Source: Cladosporium halotolerans
Lineage: Eukaryota
Assembly (NCBI RefSeq): GCF_011745625.1
Contig: NW_027191471.1
Span: 372,001-436,000, forward strand
Direction: 5' to 3'
DNA: 64,000 nucleotides
Shown here in pieces: positions 1 through 12,748 of the stretch. Position numbers and translations under genes: made by a program. Numbering within the stretch: position 1 is the stretch's first letter; every line of letters starts with the position of its first letter. Under the pieces are notes generated by a model that saw only the letters and a program-made list of their open reading frames with translations, had not been told where the DNA came from and did not search any database.

Positions 1-831
1 GCGTCACGCTGTCTTTGGGCTAGATCCGTCCCACACAGGAGGGTGTGGCGCGGCTGGCCGTGCATCCTGGCTGCACGAGCGAGAGAGGGCATTCGGGGAA
101 GTATGAATCTCTGGAGTAGCGCCAACGCTCGCGCAAGGATGACTTACTGAAGTGAGAGCGCTGAGAGCACCTATATCTCTTCGCCGACCACTGCAATCGG
201 TATCCTGCGAAGCGCTGTGCGAGTGGTGCCTTTCCGAAAGCGGCCATCTGAGACTCACAGCGGGCCTGGGCTCAAGACATCCACGGATGCGGCGAGAGTC
301 GTCCGTCTTCAGCATCAAGTTCGCTCTCGTCCAGATCGCTATGCTGGTCAGCGATGATATCTTTTGCTACAAGTACTTTTCCTCTTACCTGACACAAAGG
401 ATCTTGTGTGAACTCTCTTTCGCTTCCTTTCCTGTCTCTTGCCTCCCTGCCAGCCTCTTTCGCCATCGCGAGACAAAGCCTCGTACAGACAACGACAGCA
501 GCAAAGAAGCTCCCGCCGAACGGATCGCCAAAGCCCACTCCTTGTGTGCTGTCGTGTGATTGCAGCAAAGGTGAGTGGCCCATTCTTTGCAACAAGTAGA
601 CAAAGTACCTCGCAGCGGCAACGTGCACCACGCATGCCGGTAGCCCCTGATGCCGCATGAAGTTGCGCATACATGCGCGCGAGACAAACTGCTTCCTGAA
701 ATGTTAGCAATGAGTTCATACACTTACGAGACATGCATCAGGACGTCAACGAAGCTTTTGTGCTCCATCGACTCTTTTGAATCGGTGGAAATCCATCAAG
801 CAGCCTCAGCACCAGCAGATATCACCTCAAG

Positions 832-2353
832 ATGGCCATGGCTTCAACGGAGATCGTGACCCAGGGCCGCGGATCAGGCGACGATTACGGGCTCGGTGCC
901 ATCGTGGAGCACAACGCAGCCAGTACCGAGCAGTTTCCGCAACATACGGAAGACTCTTCCAAAGGCCTGGGAATTTATGTGAGTGCGCTGCTATTCTCAA
1001 CTCTGACCCTTGCTTACCGTTCCTTAGCATGATGGATATGCTCCAGCTTACCAGGATGGACAATACTTCGTCCAAAGCCCACCGACCCCCAGCCCGAGTG
1101 ATGGCATCCGCACCAGGAGCGGCCGGACCACGAGAAGAACTGACTCGCCCTTCAGCACCAGCAAGTCTCGCATGTCCATGTCGCCGATCGGCAAGTCCAA
1201 GAAGTCCAAGAAGACCAAGCTCGACAAGTCAAAGACGCCACATTTGACAGCACCGCTTTCCGTTCTGACCAAGGATATGGATGTCCCGCTCAAGGACATG
1301 GACGAATGGGTCCACCGTCCCGCGGAAGTTCGACGTCAAGAGGTGGAGAAGCGCAACGGATATGTCACTCGTCCGATGAACTCTTTCATGCTTTATCGCT
1401 CAGCATACGCCGAACGCACGAAGCAGTGGTGCCTCCAGAACAATCACCAGGTCGTCTCTTCCGTTTCTGGTGAGAGCTGGCCCATGGAGCCACCAGAAGT
1501 CCGAGACCAGTTCAACGAGTGGGCCAGGATCGAGCGCGCCAACCATGCTGCCGCGCATCCAGACTACAAGTTCTCGCCCAGTAAGACCTCCAGCAAGCGC
1601 CGCAAGGACGAAGACTCCGATGAGGACGAGCCCGATGGCCTAGACGACCCGGACGGAGAGTATCGCGGTGGCCGCAGCGTTCGACAGCGAAGGCAAATCA
1701 TCAAAGACGACCCTTCTCTTCTTCCGAGCAGCCACGGCTTCGAATCGACCCCGTACTTCGGTCAACAAGGCCTAAGCTACGAGCACGCCCAGTACCAGTA
1801 TGTCACTACTGGCCGTCCGCTGCCCTCCAACGTAGCTTACGACCACAATGGATTGCAATACAATCCTCAGACCGGCGCATATATCCAGTCCACCGTCCCA
1901 GCGCAGCCTCAGTACCAGTACGCCGTGCAAGAGCCCCTGCCACCGCGCGCCCCCACGCCGCAGTCGCTCGGCACGTACGGTTTACCCAGCGGCCAGACTC
2001 AGGAAGTCTTTGCGAGCTCGAGGACCTCGACGCCCATGCAGCAATACAGCCAGTATGGGCAGGCCGTCTACCCGCAGTATCAGTATCAGGCAGGCTACCA
2101 GTCCGCTGCACCGCAGCTGTACGAGCACCAGCAGTACCTCCAGGCGCAGCTTCAGCCGGCGCACGCCATCGATCCGTCGTTGGAGATTATGCTTGGCGAC
2201 GCGGCGGCGGGCGTGCACGCGAAGTCGCATTTTGAGACGGCCATGGGTGACATGACGGCCGACGAGCTGGGCGGGATGGATTACTATGACCAGCAAACCA
2301 GTCCGGATGCAACTTTGGCGCCGACCTGGTCGCCGACGGACGGACTGAAGTAG
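832..2353 (+). CDS. Sequence-specific HMG-box transcription factor (Ste11/Fmf-1/PaHMG5-like by inference); join(832..978,1028..2353)
   Basis: HMG box RPMNSFMLYRSAY...NHQVVS...W...ERANHAAAHPDYKFSP and a Q/Y/P-rich C-terminus. A GT-AG intron at 979..1027 joins ORF 832 in frame to ORF 1172..2353. Confidence 0.85.
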
Positions 2354-3492
2354 AGTTTGACGAGCCAGCGCTGGTGTATGTGGGTTTAGATATGATAGAA
2401 GGCGTGCCGCACTGTGTCGTTTTTCTTTTTGTAGATGCCTTCCGCATAATAACTCATTAACTCTTTCGTAGTCAAATCGAACAAAGTCAGTACCTCGCCG
2501 ATCTCACCTCCAAAATCTCATCTACATCTCAATCAGCGAACCCACCGCATTCTATACCTTTCAATCCCACCGACAAGGTCTTTGTCCGCCGAGTTACACA
2601 CACGGCAACGCGCATGCTCACGTGATCCCGTGCTCCATTTTGACGTCTCACAGATTGCTTGAAAGGTCAAGCGATGCGCAGGGACCCTTGCAAGTGGCAG
2701 CAGCCCGAAACTGGCGGCGGACGAGTTGACGTTGGAGTTAAGTTTAGCAGCTGAAAAGGGCGGCCTCGCGCAGACGGCAAGGCTGGCCTAGCCGCGCATG
2801 GCATCCGGTCTATAACGGGCTCTGATATCAAGAGAGGAGCTGGGTCAAAACCATTTACTGCGACCTTTCTATCGGTCAATAACGAGTAACATGCAGCATA
2901 TGAGAACGATTCGTAAGACAGTTTCTGTGGATTAGAGTGACGAGAGCATGCCTTGACTGCCCTCGCAATTTCTTCTACATTCGAACACAGGCATTCGAAG
3001 GATGCATTGAAACATCTGATTACGTCTCAGTGCATGTGCACGCTTCGGCAGACGTACGAATTAAACTAACAAGGTTTCAATGTCTATGCCGCCAGGACTG
3101 AACCACATCTTCGGCTGCAACTCGTTAGACGTATTGGCATTCCACGGCATTCACGTCGTCGAAGATAACGGACATGAGTGGCCTCCTAGACGACATGTTC
3201 TCGGTCAAAACAGACTCGCGGCTACATTATGCATAGGGCGCTTCGACATGGCTCCGCATTTCGTAGTCTTTTTCTTGCGTCCTGCGCTGAGTCTTCGACT
3301 GTATGTCCAGCTCTTTGAGCCGGAGAGTATCTGACCTTGGCTAAAACTCTGTTGGTGGCGCTAAGTTTCCGCACGCGAGCATACGTACCTTGCTAGGTTC
3401 TCAGCTGCTTTGCCGAATTACTCTCGATGCGTCCGCGATGGCCCATAAGAGTCCACTCCTCACCGAAAATAGCAGCCATCTCCCCGGAGCAG

Positions 3493-4380
3493 TCAACCCC
3501 CAGCGCCCTCCGCCCCCCGCCTTTCCTCCCTGACCCTCCTGTTCTCCGCCCTCCTCTCCGCTCTCTCCCTCTCAAAAGCCTCCCTCTCCCGATCGACAGT
3601 TCCCTGCATTTTCTCCGCCATCGCAGCATTGTTCGCTCCTTCCATATTGATGTACGCCTGCGTTTGACGAATCGAATCCTCAATTGCCTGTGCCCAGCTC
3701 GGCTCATTGTCATTCTTCTTCTCTCCAAGCTGGTCAGCAGTGATGCTGTCCCAGAGCTCCTCATACCGCGCGAACTCGGCCTCCTGGCCGAGCGTGATGC
3801 GGCGGTCGTGCCGACGCTGGCGCTGCTCGATGCGGTTTTTGATAAAAGCAGAGAGATTCTCGGGCTGGGGCTTCTTGAAGCGCAGCACGGGGACGCGGTT
3901 CGCGGAGAAGAGCACGGGGACATGGCGTCTGCCAGAGAGCTGGGATAGGGGATGAGGGCGCGAGAAGAGCTCTGATTCGGGCTTGGGCGCTGCACTATTG
4001 TGCTCGTCTGACTGAGGCGGCTTCGTTTCCTTGCTCTTCCGTTTGCCTTTTGGCAGAGGGTTTGGAGGAGGAGTAGATTTGACCTTCGCAGGAGCCCGGT
4101 CCAGCAGCGAGGTAAGGTATTCGGCGCTGCTTTCGTCGCCGGCTGCAGCGGCGTCTAGGTGGTCGATAGCTTCATAGCCGGCTTGGAAGGCCAACCTCAG
4201 CCGGCGGTAGCTATGCAGGTGGATCGTCTGCTTGAAGCGATTGCGGATGATGTTTTGCAGCTCATATTGGGATTTGGTAGGCAGGAGCGCAGCGCGAGAT
4301 TGCTGAAGCAGAGCTCGATACAACGCGATCGCGCTGATGCGGTGGGCGCTCACATGGCGAGGGACGAGAAAGGTCGGCAT
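3493..4380 (-). CDS. LYR-motif (Complex1_LYR) mitochondrial protein
   Basis: N-terminal AIALYRALLQQ...IRNRF LYR signature; coiled-coil C-terminus; single 295-aa ORF. Confidence 0.75.
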   Translation of the reverse strand: MPTFLVPRHVSAHRISAIALYRALLQQSRAALLPTKSQYELQNIIRNRFKQTIHLHSYRRLRLAFQAGYEAIDHLDAAAAGDESSAEYLTSLLDRAPAKVKSTPPPNPLPKGKRKSKETKPPQSDEHNSAAPKPESELFSRPHPLSQLSGRRHVPVLFSANRVPVLRFKKPQPENLSAFIKNRIEQRQRRHDRRITLGQEAEFARYEELWDSITADQLGEKKNDNEPSWAQAIEDSIRQTQAYINMEGANNAAMAEKMQGTVDREREAFERERAERRAENRRVREERRGAEGAGG

Positions 4381-4669
4381 AGACTGCTACTTAGCCATAT
4401 GGAATCGTGTTGAAGTAGGCGGGGCTGGAGAAGAGAGAGAATAGAGAGGACGGGCGAAGCTCTAATGGGAGGTAGCAACAGCCTTGGCACGCCGTCACGT
4501 GCAGGTACCTCGAGTATTGCAGATTATACAGAAACATTTCTACAAGATATAGGAAGGGCGCAGTGACGCGCTAATTGACGTGGTCGCATCCAGTGCGAAA
4601 AAGAAAGGAATGCCTGGAGCTCTGTTCGCTCCTCTGGCCGCGCATCCTCATCATCGAAGCCCATACCCA

Positions 4670-5556
4670 CTATGCGTCGAACACAAACGCGCTCACCACA
4701 TCGCCTTCTTTATAGCCAAGCTCCTCCAACGTCTTGTTCTCCGACCAGACTTTACCCAAATACATGAGCCTCACTTTCCTAGGCCCGATCTTCTCCTGCA
4801 CCTCCCTATAAATTACCGCAGCAGTCTGCCCCATGCCAACCCTCACACTGACGTCCATCCCGCGATCACTCAACCTCGCCCTCACAGTCACCTTCTCGCC
4901 CAAATCCTCCTCTTTCCCCTTCCCCTTCTCTCCCATCACCGCATCCTCCTGACCACTCTTCTCCTCCTCTCCCTCCTCCTCAACAACATCCCCAGGATCA
5001 GCAACCACCCAAGCCGGAATCTCATACTTCACGCCCCTCTCATCAAACACCCCGCCGGCCTTCTTCTCCCGCCCATTGCTCCTCAACTGCTTCCCGACTG
5101 CCACCCTCCCATCAGGCACATTCAGCCCGACGGCGTCGACGATCCCCTGCGCCTGCGCGACGTCGCCGCGCCGCAGGCACTCGCAGGCCAGCTTCAGCGC
5201 GCTCCACACTTCCGCACTGCCGGTCACGCGGGTGTCGAAGAAGGCCTCGCGCTCGGACTCGAGGAATCGCCGGGTCCAGGGCGGGGTGGAAGGGCTGTTG
5301 GGGAGTGGAGAAGGGGGCCGCAGGGGCTGGTTCGGGCGCGTGGAAGAGGCGGTGCGGGAGGGAGGGTCGGAGGGCGAGGATGCGGGTTGGTTTATCGCGG
5401 CGCGGGAGGAGTTGTGAGGGAGCGAGGTGGCGTTGGGGGGTTCATTGTTGCTGGTTGATGTGCTGGGGCGGGAGGCAAAGCAACCCTGGAGGGGAGGAGG
5501 TTAGGTCGGAAAGTTCGTGAGAGGGAGCGGGTAATGAGAGGGGAGTCAGGTACCAT
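4670..5556 (-). CDS. UBTD/DC-UbP-like ubiquitin-domain protein; complement(join(4670..5485,5554..5556))
   Basis: FFDTRVTGSAEVWSALK...AQGIVDAVG domain plus a C-terminal ubiquitin-like domain (VRLMYLGKV). An ATG-only exon is spliced (GTACCT..CTAAC..CAG) to give MGCFAS. Confidence 0.8.
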
Positions 5557-6149
5557 AGGCTATGAGATCGAAGTCGCGAATGCGCCTCGCGATCGCGTTC
5601 GCAGCAGCGACGTTTCTTGGGTGGGGATGCGGCGAAGCGAGCGAGTGGGCGTGTTTCAAGCGATGTCGTCGATTGGCTCAGCAGAAGCCAGGCGCGTTGA
5701 TTATGATTATGATATATGGTGTTGCAGGAAAGACAGACGGTTCGAGTGACGGATAGGCTAGGCGAAAAGCGCTCCTCTCGCTCGCCAACTCGCGCATGCG
5801 TTCTAGCCCTTCACTGCACAGAGCGGCGCAGCAGCGAGATGACATCGACGCCTGGACGCCTCAGGGCACCGATCCGCAGGGTCCCTCGGCAACGTCCCCG
5901 AGGTCGTCCGCGGGCTCCATGCTTCACCCATCATTCGTCCGCCCTAGACGGTTCACTTTAGCACTACATACTGTGTACATTGTGAGGATCGTCGCAGGCA
6001 TGTGAACACGACGTGAAATTACAGATCGATTGCTCCAAAAGCAGTACTGTTCGTCGTTCGTCGAACAGAGTCTGGTTGCATCACGAGGATTTGCTCATTG
6101 ATCATTCGTGCCAACGCGGTCAATATTTGCTAACCCTCGGCCTTCCGCA

Positions 6150-6523
6150 AGAGAGGGGATTATTCTCCAATCCATTTGAACGACTCTTGAATCGGTTTGA
6201 TAAACACTAGTCGAAAAGCAAGCCGACGCGTGGTGTAATGAAACATTATTCATGGCTTTCTACCACGACGAGACGCATTATACCAGCGGCAACTAAACCA
6301 ATCAAGAGGAAAAGTTGAGGCAGGCAGAGAGAGAGAGGGGATTATTCTCCAATCCATTTGAACGACTCTTGAATCGGTTTGATAAACACTAGTCGAAAAG
6401 CAAGCCGACGCGTGGTGTAATGAAACATTATTCATGGCTTTCTACCACGACGAGACGCATTATACCAGCGGCAACTAAACCAATCAAGAGGAAAAGTTGA
6501 GGCAGGCAGAGAGAGAGAGGGGA
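6150..6523. repeat. Perfect direct tandem duplication, 182-bp unit
   Basis: 6159..6340 is identical to 6341..6522; AGAGAGGGGA occurs at all three junctions (6150, 6332, 6514). Confidence 0.95.
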
Positions 6524-6547
6524 GTGCGAAGGCCGCAACCCGAACAA

Positions 6548-7741
6548 TCACGCGACTCCTCTTACACTCCGACCACAATTCCCATTAGACGCGTACAGCG
6601 TCTCAGTGCCCCCGGCGAAAAGTTCGTAAGCAATGTTGTTGATCTGGCTGCAACTGCCAAAGACCACATTGGAGAGCGTGCATGTGCTGCCGACCAGAAG
6701 CGAGCCCTCGCAGCCGACGCGCGTGATGCATGAGACACAACAGTCGTACGGAGTGGAGTTGGGGATGGTGAGGAGGGCGCGCGGCGCCACGGCCGTGCCG
6801 CTGCCGATGTTGGCGCCGTTGATTGTTGACACGATGTTTTGGGGGCCGCACGCGGCGTAGAAAGTCGCCGTTGGGGCGGTGACTGTGAAGGTCTCCGTTA
6901 CTGTATCGGTGACGGTTGCAGTTTCGAAAATCCGGGCGGTGATCGTAGTAATAGAGGTTGCTGGATGAGATGTTAGGCTGATTGACACAGGGTTTCCGCG
7001 AGGCGCTTTGGGGACTCACTTGTTGTAGTGCTCGAGGCCGGTTCGGGGACGACCGTGCTGGTCACTGTGTTCGTAATGGTTGTGGTGCCAGTGGACGTCG
7101 GGGTAGCCGCTTCGACGGTCTTGGTCGTTTTTGCGATCCGCGTGATGGTGGACGTCGACCAGACCTGTACGATGCCGCGACAACTGACATCGTCGGATAC
7201 AACGCCGGCGAAAAGACGGGCTTGCCATTTTTGGCTGTGATTTGATACTTCACCGCAGCCTGCCTCTCCTCCAAAGCCGCGTCTGAACCCTCTGCATCTC
7301 GCTTCTTCGCTGAGTTGGGTACAGTAGATCTGATAGGCAAGAAGTTTGCAAAAAGAGGGGTGACTGTCGAAGTTGGAGTCGTGGTTGTTGCTTCAGCGAC
7401 AGTGATCGTCTCGAACTCGGTCACGCTACTGGTCTGGAACTCTGTGGTATCCTGCAGGACAGTCTCCGTAATCACGTCGGTCTCCTGGGCCAAAGTCGTG
7501 GTATCTGTCTCTGTGGCAAAATCTGTTATGGTCTCAGTGACAGCAGCCGGCGTGACAATGGTTTCTGGCGTCTTCGTCACAACTTTAAACCAAGGGAAAG
7601 GAATGGTCAAAACCTGCGACGCTGTCTTCACCGAGACACAGCCTTAGTGCCATACCCTGTCGTGCATTTGACAAAAGACACGGTAGAAGCAGCAGCGGCA
7701 TCCAATGATAAAAGCAGAGCGGTAACGTGATTGGCACGCAT
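6548..7741 (-). pseudogene. Secreted Thr-rich protein with Cys-rich C-terminal domain, interrupted by two apparent 1-nt frameshifts
   Basis: ATG 7741 gives signal-like MRANHVTALLLSL..., and the frame breaks near 7635 and 7192. Also present: Thr-rich segments, a KKR Kex2-like site, an intron at about 6962..7019, and C-terminal YAACG..N..YDCCVSC...SNGNCG. Confidence 0.65.
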
Positions 7742-8229
7742 TGTGAAAAGCAAGTTGGACAACGCTGGCGTCGCTGGACGTGCGATGAGCTGAGACCAAA
7801 AACAACCCGGCGCAACCAGCAGTATTCGAGCTCTTTCTATCTACACTTGAGGCATTGACAAGATGCTCAACTTGCCGTGACCTTGGTCTCGATCAAGCCC
7901 ACGTGCTGACACAGCCAAGCAGATTGAAACAAGGCGTCGTCGAACGCCAGCCAATTTGCGAGCAGAATGAGTTTTTTCTCGATACGATGGAGCTTAGAGT
8001 GGGAGAGCATTCGAGACCGATGCAGTTGAGCTCGCCCTGGAGAGCGGCGCAGTCGGCTATCAAGCCACATGGCTTGGAGAGCCCGTCGCTAGATTCTTGG
8101 GCCACGTGGGAACCAAGAATCATTCGTGTGGCTTTGTTGATGTAGAGCCGCTAAAATCAAGCCTCTGAGTATAAAGATCAATTCTTATAGGGCAAAGCCT
8201 ACTTGACTCTCTACCTTACCAAGCTGGCT

Positions 8230-8724
8230 TCGCCGGTTTGGGTGCAGCATGTTGTGAGGCCGAAGAAGCTGGCGATCGAGCGACCACCATTTGCGCCATG
8301 CTAGTGCCCATTTGTGACCATGGCGATGGTAGTCAGCTCTGCGTCCAGGCATTCGAGCATTGTTGATGTGTTTCAGAGGTAGCATTCGAGGCTCCGCGGA
8401 GCTCGAAGGCATGAAGTCGGCCTGCAGGCGGCCCGCGTGCGACGCCCGCTCTGGATCTCGGGGCGATCGCCGCTTGGGCGTTCTGCCTTTGGTGGCGGCG
8501 TCGATTGCAGCAGGATAGGCCAGAACCGCAGAGGACGAACGGGGCAACGTACCAGATGTTCGAGCCACATTCGCGGCGCGCTCTGCGATACTCAGTCTGC
8601 CGCAACGCTACGAGAGTATGGTGAGCGAACTCGCATCTATCACGCTCTCCTTGAGGCCTTGACCGACACTGCTGCAATAAACGGAGTTGCGCCAATGGAG
8701 CTTCCAAGTCGACTCCCTCAATAA
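8230..8724 (+). pseudogene. Possible relic of a single-pass (Mid2-like topology) membrane protein gene
   Basis: Fragments in different frames: Cys-rich GAACCE...ICAMLVPICDH, TM-like LGAIAAWAFCLWW followed by RRR, and C-terminal APMELP. There is no intact ORF. Confidence 0.3.
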
Positions 8725-9822
8725 GCGGCTTGCCGTATCCCCAAGGGGGAGTGTGAACGAAGAACTCTGATCAGAAGCTTTGCGCCGGCGGCAAAGCAAA
8801 CGCTGTTCGATACCTTACCTTATTACACTGGCACCATCCAGCCACGTCTCACGGAGCGTCCGTCGGCAACAATAGCAGCATTGAGGCCAAGCAGTCTCGG
8901 CGGCACGCTCTCCTACACAAACAATCCCCTCGAGCCCCAAACCTTGCCTTCGCACAGCAAAACGTCCCGCATCAGCGGAGTCGAAGCCGAAGGCTAGTAT
9001 AAGACGTAAGACCGGTTCATTGAGGGTTGACTGGCTCGACTGGTCGCCGAACGTAGCCCCAAGCCCTGAGGATCTCCGCCAGCCACTACGATGTCCAGCG
9101 TGAAATGGCCCGTCCTGAGCGCCAAAGCTTGAATCGAGCTCAAAGTCGTTACGGTAAAAAAAGAACGTCTCGTGTGGCCTCCACCGTGCGCTGAGTCGTC
9201 AGAGTCCAAACCTTGCCTCCGCAAGCCAGCGTCCACCGTCCACACCAGAGATACTTCGAGCTTAAGTCATTTGAGGCAATTGCAGACTTGGCTGTTTGCT
9301 TAAGCTTACCTTTACCGTCCGGACGAAATCCAGAGACGGACAGGCAGTATGCTGTGTAGCACGCGGCGCACAAAAGCGCCTCACACACGAAATGTAGACT
9401 CATCAGCTCCCACGGCAGGCGAAAAAGTTCGTACGAAGATTTGGAGAAAAAGTAGCCGAGATGACCGAAAGAGAGACACGGACACAAGACGCAACAGAAC
9501 CCTTTTGTATTACCACATTAACCATCTCTACCGTTATCAAAGGAGTCCAAAGAAAGACCTAATTAAAGAAAAGAGCATAGCATAAAAAGGAATGCTGCAA
9601 GCAGGAAAAGAAAAAGCAGTCAGGGTATCTTGTGCGTAAGGGTTAGCCTGCCTTTTTTGCAGTAAAGCACAAAAAAAGGAGAGGCGGGTTCCCAAAGGCA
9701 ATCGGTCCAAAAAACAAACAAACACAAACACATGAACGCGGCAGACGCATTAAACATCAGGGGGCGAGAAGGGAGGGTGTGGCGACGAGGTCGTCGGCGC
9801 GCCGGGCGGTCGGTCAGGCATA

Positions 9823-11967
9823 CTAAGCGCTGGCGGCGACGGCCGGGGTGGGCTGGTTGACGACGGCCTCGGGCTTGTTCTCCTCAGTGCTGGCAACGGC
9901 CGGAGTGGCGGTGGCACGCTCGGCGACGGTCTCGGGAGCGGTGGCGACGGCGGGCTCGGTCTCGTCGGCCTTCTTGTCGGCGACGACGGGAGCGGCGGTG
10001 GTGGTCTCCTCCTCGACCTTCTTCTCGGTGGAAGCGGGAGCAGCGTTCTCCTTCTTGGGCTGCATGCGGTTCAGGGCCTTGCTGGCGCGGCGGCCGAGGT
10101 TGCCGAGCATGGAGGAGCGCTTGTTGCCGTTGGGAGAGGTGGCGTCGGCGACCTTGGGCTCCTCGACCTTCTCGACGGGCTTCTCAGCCTCGGTGGTGGT
10201 GGCAGGAGCGACAGTCTCAGCGACGGGCTCCTCGGCCTTGACGGGCTCAGCAGCGACGGTCTCGTCCTTGGCGGGGACGACCGGAGCGACAACAGCAGCC
10301 TCGGTCTTGGGCTGGTCCTTAACGGCAGCGGACGGGCTCACACTACGGTCCCGCTTGTTCATGAAGGACAGACCAGAGAGGAAGTTCTTCTTCTCCTTGT
10401 TGGGGGTGAGGACCTCGTTGGTCTTGGCAGCCTCAGGGGTGGGCTCGGTGACCTCGGTCTTGGGAGCGTCACCGACGACGGTGGTCTCGATGGGCTCGGC
10501 GGTAGCGGTCTCAGGGAGCTGAGGGGGAGCGTCAGAGACAGCAGCGTCCTTGGCCGGAACCTCGGGCTTGAGCTCGGCCTCCTTCTCGCCCTTCTCCTTG
10601 CTGGGAGACTTGAGGCTGCCCCAGGCACCAGGGATCTTGCCGAAGATGCTGCCACGCTTGGAAACCTTGGGCTTCTCCTCAGTCTTGGTCTCAGCAGCAA
10701 CGGGGAGGGCCTCAATGGGCTTCTCCTCAGCAGCGGGAGAGACGACGGCGGGCTCGGCTAATGTATGTTAGTGTTGATCAGGACTATGAAGAATCGAGGT
10801 ATGCTTACCAGTGGCGGTCTCGACAGGGGCGTCGGTGGCGACAGGAGCAGCAGCGGCGACGACAGGAGTGCTCTCCTCAGCCTTCTTCTCCTCCTTCTCG
10901 GCGGCCTTCTCCTCCTTGACGGCCTCCTTCTCTTCCTTCTTCTCCTCCTTCTTGACCTCGGCCTCCTCCTTCTTGCCCTTCAGGCGGTTGAGCATGCCGC
11001 GGGAGGTGGAGCGGCTCTTGTTCTTCTTCTTGGCCTCTTCATCCTCACCGTCAGAAGAGCCGGTCCGCTTGGGCTCAGCAGAGTCGACCTCGGTGCTCTT
11101 CTTGGGCTGAGACTGGCTCCTGGTCTTGGCCGCAGCGACGGCGCCACCAACAACGGGGGTGTCTAAGAAAATGTTAGTGCTGATATCAGGAACCTCACAG
11201 ATGTGATCAACATACTGAGCTTCTCGATCTCGGCCTTGTAGCCCTCGCTGTCACGGACAGACTCCTTGGAGGCCTTTCCGAGCTCGATGGCCTTCTCAAT
11301 CGACTGGTACCAGCCGTCACGCTCGGCGTCGTTGTTGGCCTTGAAGCTGTGCTTGTGGCCGTGGATGTCGAAGGTGAACTCGTGGGGGTGAGCCTTCTTG
11401 AGGTCAGTGGCCTCGTAGAGAGGGATGACACCAGCCGGCTGGGTGCGGTCGCTCTCGCCCTTCTTGTTGAAGAAGAGAAGGCCCTTGCCGGTCTGGCTGG
11501 CCCAGGCGGTCACGGGGTGGGAGACCTCGGACTTCTCGCCACGGAGGTAGAGACCGAGGTTCTGGGGAGTGACAGCGGCATCGTTCAGCCAGAACTCCTT
11601 CTTGGAGAAAGTGAACTGCCTGGAGGTGATGTTAGAAATTGATTCCCCTGTTTGCGAAGCTATCAGAAAAGGGGAAAAAAACTCACTTGAGCAGACCAGG
11701 AGCCTTGTAGCCAAGCTGGCCCTCGAGGAGAGGCTCAGCGACCTTGGCCTCAGTTGCGGCAGCCTCCTCAGCCTTCTCCTCAGTGGTAGCAGGCGCGGCG
11801 ACGGTCTCCTCAGGCTTGGTGGCGTCGGTGGCGGCGGGAGTGGTCTCGCTGACAGCGGGAACAGTCTCGCCCTCGACTGCTGTAGGAGCAGGAGTCGGGT
11901 TGGTCATGACCTTCTCAACGGTGGCCTCGGTGGCCGGGGCGGCGGTGGTGTTCTGGACGTCGGACAT
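9823..11967 (-). CDS. Meu6-like PH-domain protein with long E/K/A/T low-complexity tail; complement(join(9823..10757,10809..11162,11216..11619,11687..11967))
   Basis: EGQLGYKAPGLLK...AWASQTGKGLLFF...FKANNDAERDGW PH-like core; three canonical introns keep the frame; strong codon bias. Confidence 0.8.
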
Positions 11968-12720
11968 GGTGGCGGATGAGGCCGTTCGTAAAGACGTGTA
12001 GAGGTGTGTGAGCGGGAGGGGTTATTAGGAGGGGTGACCGCGCTCGCAGAACGTGGCCGGGTATCAAAGGCGAAAACAAACGGCCTGGGCCGAGGGGTAT
12101 CACAACGCAAGAAGGAAGCTGGTCTGGTGGGATCTGGCGGAGAGGAGGGCGAGGGCAGCGCTGGGGAGCAGTTTCAGTTTTGAAGGAGAGAAGGGTGGTG
12201 GCGCGCGGACCTGGTGGTGCGCAGGGCCAGCAGGAGCAAGCGAGATTATTGAGGACGCGCGCGCCGGGGCCAGCAGCAACGGCGCGTGATTGATTGACGA
12301 GCTGGCGGCGGCGACGAGCGCGGCCGGGCGTGTGGGCGGGCGTGCGTGCGGCCGGGTGCTTGGAGGCTGGCGGCGGGAGGCGCGCGGAGCCAACGGCGGC
12401 GGCGGCGGCGGTATTGTGTGTGTGTCTAAGGGCAGGTATTATTGCCCTGTTCTGCCCGCGCCCACGCCTTACTTCGTCAGTCACCGCGATGGCCGCGCGC
12501 GCGCAGGGATGCACGACGTGGCCTGCCCGCCGCGGCAGACCGGATGGCGCATCGCGTGTGCGCCCGCAAAGTAAGGCACATGCCGGCCTGAGGTAGCCAC
12601 AGCCTACCGGGCAGGCCACCGCACGCAGCGCGCAGCAGGTGAGGTGCGGCGTGGTACGATGGAGCGGTACGACGAGCGAGCGGTGTTTGGCGCGCGCGAC
12701 GCAGGGCAGGCGGTAGCGCG

Positions 12721-12748
12721 GCAGCAGCACCAGCAGCAGCAGCAGCAG
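12721..12748. repeat. (CAG)n microsatellite
   Basis: gcagcagcaccagcagcagcagcagcag in a GC-rich intergenic region. Confidence 0.8.

Noticed and set aside
832..2353. HMG-box gene as the MAT1-2-1 mating-type locus
   Set aside because: The HMG box has no internal intron, its sequence looks like a non-MAT HMG regulator, and no APN2/SLA2-like neighbours are seen downstream in the window.
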